From assembly GCA_964016885.1 (NCBI GenBank), contig OZ024750.1:10230001-10294000 (forward strand): a stretch of DNA of 64,000 nucleotides. Reading direction: 5' to 3'. The notes below the pieces were generated by a model. The model was given only the letters and a program-made list of their open reading frames with translations. It had not been told where the DNA came from and made no database searches. This document shows positions 58,601 to 64,000 of the stretch, one piece after another. This DNA comes from Eledone cirrhosa (lineage: Eukaryota). The translations under genes and the position numbers were made by a program. Within the stretch, counting starts at the first letter, position 1, and each line of letters starts with the position of its first letter.

Positions 58601-59323
58601 GACAGGTAGGTGGGTATGCAGGCTGGTGGATGTGTCGTTGAATAGTTAGATAGATAATATATCATTATGTATAGCTTATATTATGAAGGCGTTGGCTTGG
58701 CAGTATCGGTAGAGGGTCGACGTCATGCTTTGCAGCATAGAGTTACGGTCCTATATGATCTGAGTTCAAATCCCGTCAAGGTTAACTTTGCCTTTCATCC
58801 TTACGCTGTTGATAAAATAAAGTACCAGTCATGCACTGGGGTAATTGCTGGCCTCGTGCCAAAAGTAGAAACAATTATGTATAGCTTATATTGCCAACAA
58901 TAAAACCTTACATCTGTTTTTAATCAAATTAACAAAGTAAAGAGTTTTAACGAACCTTTATAGTAAATTCTTGAGCAGAACCAGTTGTGGCTTCCAGTAA
59001 AGCATCAATACCACCACCAGCTTTAACATAATATAAATAATGTAACAAAGATATTTGACTGGTTTCTTTGCCAAACATACAGCGAGTTGCAGCTTCTGAA
59101 CAATGGATTGCAGCTAAAACAAACAATGTTATTTTATTATTTTACTGGAACACCATCTTCAACGGTATATGTATATTTATTGTAAATAAACCTTCTTAAA
59201 AACCCCAATTGCATTTTGAACTTCTAGAGCTCAGCTGTTGGATCTTGGCTCATTCTAAAATAGTCACACTCTACTGCCCAAAGTATTGAGAACTCTGTTG
59301 AATAATAGTCTAACTGGTTTAAT

Positions 59324-59362
<39 letters not shown>

Positions 59363-59848
59363 GAAGGTGTGTGGCTGAGTGGTTAGAGAATTGGATTTGC
59401 ACGTAATCGTGAGGTTGTGAGTTTGATTCCCGGACTGGGCGATGTGTTATGTCCTTGAGCAAGACACTTTATTTCATGTTGCTCCTTCAACCTGGAGTTA
59501 CGACCAATAGATAGTATTAGTAATTGGAAAGACCAATGGAAACATTGTTTCCTTGGTCTGATTTGACGAAAGTCGATCGACTGTCGATATATATATATAT
59601 ATTGTTATAGTTGGGGAGAGTCAGTTTGTTATAATATTGCCAGAAATAATAACAGGACACACTCACTGTTTGGTTTGGGTTGGTTTTCGCTTCTGTATCT
59701 TTTATATCTCCACAGTTAATTTATTTGGCAATCAATGCTTATCATTGATTGACCAACGGTTAAAAATACAGATATAAATATATATATATTTATATCTGTA
59801 TTTATCTATATTTATAAATATATATATATTTACTTCTGTATTTTTAAC

Positions 59849-59888
<40 letters not shown>

Positions 59889-60251
59889 CAGTTTCTGTTT
59901 ACCAAATTTCACTCACAAGGTGAAATACAATTTACTATATAGACAAGACATAATTGATAATTCAAGTTATAGACAAAGACCAGTGTACTATATAGACAAA
60001 CCATAATTGATAGTTATAGACATAATTGATAGTTGTAGAGAAAGACGAGTGAAACATTTCAAATAATTAACACAGAAACAATAATTATGTACCTTTTGTC
60101 CAGGCATTAGATCTGGTGAATTCTTGTAAGGTCATACTATCCCAGACAACAGCATTTGGATGTGAATAAGGGTTGTAAACATCTATTTCAGCAGACATTT
60201 TATTAATCTGTTGGAAATCATAACAGAATGATTTAGACTAAAACAATTAGA

Positions 60252-60305
<54 letters not shown>

Positions 60306-61085
60306 GTGACGATGATGATGATGATGATGATGATGATGACAACGATGATGGCAGTATGATTTGCACCTAACCACAAGAAATAGCAGTCAAATCTCCCTCA
60401 AATCCCACCTTACTGCATTAACCCTTTAGCATTTACATTATTCTATATTTACTATTGTATTTTCATTGTAAAGACTTAATCTCACATAATATCTCACATA
60501 ATATGGAATCTATGAGATTTTGATGTTATTTATTTAGAGAAAAATACCTTAACATCAGTATGAGTGGTCGATTATAGCTGGTTTGAACAGAAAGAGGTGA
60601 GAGAATTCTGGCCGGATATGGCCAATTTAAATGCTAAAGGGTTAAATAAGGAATGGACACATTATATAATGTAGTAAAAAGACACAATCTTATAAATTAA
60701 TGTCTCAGGAAAGAAACGCTGGACAGATTTTATGGGCAAAACCAACCGGCAGGAGACCCAGGGGTAGACTCTGAGCAAGATGGTTGGTGTTGCTTGGGGG
60801 ATCCAGCCGGATTGGTTGCAGACGGTTGCTTCTGACAGGACCCACTAGAAGGAGTTTTTGAGGACTCTGCTCCCACGGCCCTCTCAGGAATAAGTGGGTG
60901 AAGAAGAAGTAGAAAGACAGAACGAACACAGCTGGAATGCTATTAATCATAGGTTTATTCAATAAAGGTTGACCTAGGGTTAAACAATGACTTCTGAAGC
61001 TAAGAAGAGCAAATATTTTATGAATGTTTAATTTTAAAGTGAAATATATATAAATATATATATATATATATAAATATATATATAA

Positions 61086-61122
<37 letters not shown>

Positions 61123-63067
61123 AATATATAAATATATACATTTTTTCTTTGTATGTCAAGTTTATGACTCAGTTGACCTCAAAATATTAAACACTGAGGG
61201 AAATTCAGGTTGTCAAAATAAATATAACAATTACACACAATACAAAATACAATCACTACCACCACTACCACCACCACCACCATCACCACCATCATCACCA
61301 CCATCACCATCGTTTAATGTCTGCTTTCACCAATCATCGCTACCACCATCACTACCACACTACACAACCACCACCACCATCGTTTAATGTCTGCTGTCAC
61401 CAATCATCATCATCATCATCATCATCGTTTAATGTCTGCTTTCACCAATCATCATCATCATCGTTTAATGTCTGCTTTCACCAATCATCACCATCATCAT
61501 CATCATCATCATCGTTTAATGTCTGCTTTTACCAATCATCATCATCACACCACACCACCACCACACCACCACCATAACCACCACACCACCACCACTACCA
61601 CACCATTATTTGATGTCTACTGTCACCAATCATCATCATCTTTTAATGTCTACTTTGACCAATCATTATCATCACCACCATCACACCACACCCCACCACC
61701 TCACCACCACCACCATCGCCGCCGCCACCACCACCCTGCCGCCACCACCACCACCACTGCCACACCACCAGCACCACCACCACCATCGCCACCACCGCTG
61801 CCACACCACCACCTCACCACCACCACCACCACACCACCACCACCACCACACCGTTATTTAATGTCTACTTTCCCTGTTATTCAGGGTTGGACAATATATA
61901 TTCTCACACACAGCTACACACAATAATAACATTTCTTTCAGATATTTACAACTATAATAGTTTGTGTTAAATATAATAAAATACTTCAATGTCTTCATAG
62001 CAACACAGTTTATAAATGATATTGTTGGTTATAATAGTAGTTAGTCGTGGGAATAATAAACAACATTACCACCACCACCACAACCACCACCATCATCATT
62101 ACCATCACCACTACCATCATTATTATTAAACCCCCCCCCCCCCCCCACTCTGACAAAGGGAATTTTAAGTCCAAAATATTAGGATGAAGGAAACAACTAA
62201 AAAACAAAGATTACCAGGTAACTAATGTTTTCTTTGCCTCCATCTTACTCCATTTTGCATTGTTTAGTCTTCTTATATATATCACTTTCCACATTATATA
62301 TTTTATACAATGCTTCAAGCAAACAACATTTTATTATACATATATATAGTAAACCATCTCAACTTGAATACATTCCTTTTTTTGACAGTTTATTTGACTG
62401 GAGAGAATATATGTTGTTAACATATGAATGACATATTACAAACATGTTTTATTGCAGTTATTGTTGCTGACTAGGCTAACCTAGTCAGCAACAATAACTG
62501 TGACCATCCTGCCTTTTTACTGATATCTAGAACTACATAGTCCAGCTGTGACCATTCTGTCTTTTTACTGATATCTAGAACTACATAATCTAATGTCTCC
62601 TTTAATTATTCCAGATGATGGGGCTGTTAATTGAGGGAGATTTAACTTCTATTTCTAGACAAGTCCCTTTTACCCTGTACAAGTTCTTTGGCTTATGAAA
62701 GTTACGTTGCTGTTATTTGTTCATCTCACTCTATCTATTATTGGTCAGATATTAAAAATAAGTTAGTGGTTACTATATCTGTTAAAAGCCTGTTATTGGT
62801 CAGTCAGATATTAAAAGTAAGTTATTGGTGAGTCAATTATTAAAAGTTAATTATTGGTCAACTAATCATACTGAAGTTTCAGAAATACTTACCTTACGTA
62901 AGAAAATAAAAAAGTCCAACATTGCGAAAATGGATAAATTAGGAATGGAGGAAGCATAGGATTTAATAGATCCATCTGTGATTTGAACAAATTTGATTCC
63001 TTCAACATAGACTTTGTCAAGACCAATATCAAACTTCTGCAACAGTTTGATGATATGAGGTTGGCAA
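51603..63067 (-). CDS. flavin-containing amine oxidase (monoamine oxidase-like), 3' part; 10 exons, 5' end outside window
   Basis: GT-AG exons splice in frame and are collinear with MAO-A/B motifs: [76 protein letters not shown]; hydrophobic C-terminal anchor. Confidence 0.92.
51914..52135 (+). mobile_element. same SINE family (degenerate copy follows at ~52158-52320)
   Basis: full head, central domain, (TTA)n tail. Confidence 0.8.
52382..52469 (-). CDS. amine oxidase exon: [29 protein letters not shown]
   Basis: AAG acceptor, GTAAAC donor; C-terminal FAD-binding motif. Confidence 0.9.
52495..53082. repeat. 31-bp minisatellite, ~18 copies
   Basis: unit TTAGTATATATAGTAGACAAATGTATATTAG. Confidence 0.95.
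53379..53563 (-). CDS. amine oxidase exon: [12 protein letters not shown]...[19 protein letters not shown]...RKPYLR
   Basis: CCAG acceptor, GTAAAT donor. Confidence 0.9.
54075..54227 (-). CDS. amine oxidase exon: [13 protein letters not shown]...[18 protein letters not shown]
   Basis: GCAG acceptor, GTAAGG donor. Confidence 0.9.
54290..54642. repeat. ~30-bp compound tandem repeat
   Basis: (GT)nATAAATATACATAGTAATA units. Confidence 0.9.
55375..55540 (-). mobile_element. RTE 3' UTR/tail fragment
   Basis: shares GGTTGGCATTAGGAAGGGCATCCAG and tail motif with the RTE 3' UTRs at 37.2 and 41.8 kb. Confidence 0.7.
55637..55883 (+). mobile_element. RTE LINE 3' fragment (same subfamily as 17583-18081)
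   Basis: close match by eye to the reverse complement of the 17.6-17.8 kb copy; (GAT)n tail. Confidence 0.85.
55964..56064 (-). CDS. amine oxidase exon: [33 protein letters not shown]
   Basis: GCAG acceptor, GTTAGT donor. Confidence 0.88.
56245..56470 (+). mobile_element. same SINE family
   Basis: diverged head and central domain. Confidence 0.7.
56619..57224. repeat. 48-bp minisatellite, ~12.5 copies
   Basis: unit GCTGGTGCCACGATGAAAAACACCCAGTCCACCMTGTAAGGWGGTAAT. Confidence 0.95.
57266..57371 (-). CDS. amine oxidase exon: [10 protein letters not shown]...[15 protein letters not shown]
   Basis: CCAG acceptor, GTGAGT donor. Confidence 0.88.
57380..57690. repeat. 28-bp minisatellite, ~11 copies
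   Basis: unit AGATGTTAGSRAGATCTATAGGAAATAC. Confidence 0.95.
58227..58325 (-). CDS. amine oxidase exon: [15 protein letters not shown]...AVTKVEQ
   Basis: TTAG acceptor, GTTTGT donor. Confidence 0.87.
58688..58875 (+). mobile_element. same SINE family
   Basis: A/B boxes, central domain; flanked by direct repeat ATTATGTATAGCTTATATT. Confidence 0.8.
58956..59113 (-). CDS. amine oxidase exon: [14 protein letters not shown]...[11 protein letters not shown]
   Basis: TTAG acceptor, GTTCGT donor. Confidence 0.88.
59367..59485 (+). mobile_element. second tRNA-derived SINE type (related heads at 11529-11610 + and 54720-54897 -)
   Basis: TGGCTGAGTGG A box, GAGTTTGATTCC B box, GTCCTTGAGCAAGACACTT core. 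Confidence 0.6.
60093..60207 (-). CDS. amine oxidase exon: [38 protein letters not shown]
   Basis: ACAG acceptor, GTACAT donor. Confidence 0.88.
60418..60645. mobile_element. TTAA-flanked (piggyBac-like) MITE; other copies at 25079-25296 and 48350-48559; related elements at 30155-30369 and 6841-7083
   Basis: TTAA-CCCTTTAGCATTTA...TAAATGCTAAAGGG-TTAA. Confidence 0.75.
60705..60910 (+). mobile_element. RTE/Expander-like LINE 3' fragment with (GAA)n tail
   Basis: + frame reads [19 protein letters not shown]; ends GAAGAAGAAG. Confidence 0.65.
61250..61880. repeat. (CAT/CAC)n tract with repeated CGTTTAATGTCTGCTTTCACCAAT units
   Basis: direct reading. Confidence 0.85.
62893..63067 (-). CDS. amine oxidase exon: [14 protein letters not shown]...[10 protein letters not shown]
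   Basis: CCAG acceptor, GTAAGT donor on minus strand. Confidence 0.88.
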
Positions 63068-63310
63068 CTGGAAATAAACAGAATTTCATTAATCTGATTA
63101 TTAATTGATAGATTGATAAAGAAAAACAAAAACATAGGATTAAATAACATGATATAAGCTTAAGTGATTAAGGAGTTTAGGGTGATAGAAAGTTCATTCT
63201 TTCATGTATCCCCAAGATCCATTGGGATGATACTTAGCTATATTTAATACAAGGGTCGACTAAAAAGTACATAGGCTGACTATGAAGTTCCATTATTTTT
63301 CTCTTAAAAG

Positions 63311-63482
63311 GGCGGTGGATTGGCAGTATCGGTAGAGGGTCGGACGCCATGCTTTCCAGCATAGAGTTACGCCTCTTTAAGGTCTGAGTTCAAATCCCTC
63401 CAAGGTTAACTTTGCCTCGATAAAATAAAGTACCAGTAATGCACTGGGATAAGTGCTGGCCTTGTGCCAAAAGTAGAAATAA
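63311..63482 (+). mobile_element. same SINE family with internal deletion
   Basis: A/B boxes and 3' end. Confidence 0.75.
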
Positions 63483-64000
63483 TTATTTATCTCTTAATCA
63501 AAATTAACCTCCAATTCTTTTCATTTCTCAATGTTATCCTCTCTAAACACACTTTGATATCATACAAAAATTTCTCTCTCTAACATTCTCTCTATTTACA
63601 CACACTGTCTAAACATTTATTATTTTATTACGTTACATTTCTAATTTTTCCTGGTGTGAATTTCTATCTTCCTTATTCCCTCAATTTATAAATTACTTGC
63701 TTTATTTCCACTTCTTATTCGTTCTTCCTCTATTTTACTTTTTCCTTGCCTGACTGACTGTCTTGGTAGCATTCTTGTTGGCTGAAGGCCGACTATTTCT
63801 TTGTTTTCTCTTCCCACCCATCAATGTATTCATCTAATCAAACTTCTCTTTATAATATTCTCTCTTTTCCACATCTTTCAGAACAGCTACAGTCTTCTCC
63901 TTCCATATTTTTTATTATGTGTCAGAAATATAGAAACCAACACACACACACACCTCATTATCATCATCATAAGTCTATTTCTGATGCTGGCTTGAGTTGG

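Overview
AT-rich, microsatellite-laden animal DNA, most likely an octopus or other cephalopod (inferred from the repeat landscape, not proven). Two partial intron-rich genes converge. The 3' part of non-erythroid alpha-spectrin (+, 20 exons in 1-12899) covers the last spectrin repeats and the EF-hands. The 3' part of a tail-anchored, MAO-like flavin amine oxidase (-, 10 exons in 51603-63067) lies at the other end. The ~38 kb between them holds RTE LINEs, tRNA-derived SINEs, Helitron, hAT, piggyBac-type and mariner remnants, minisatellites and very long (TA)n tracts. Most of the long ORFs in the track are microsatellite artefacts. The most notable observations are: (1) several unrelated long palindromes embedded in (TA)n tracts that carry hammerhead-ribozyme cores, consistent with inverted Penelope-like pseudo-LTRs; (2) an 18-nt candidate microexon in alpha-spectrin at the position of the vertebrate alphaII-spectrin TYLLDG insert; (3) a C4HC3 PHD-like finger inside an RTE reverse-transcriptase ORF; (4) minisatellites built from retroelement 3' ends and from branch-point/acceptor sequence; (5) an amine oxidase lacking the covalent-FAD Cys and one aromatic-cage Tyr. 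All calls are by eye; no database search or folding computation was run.
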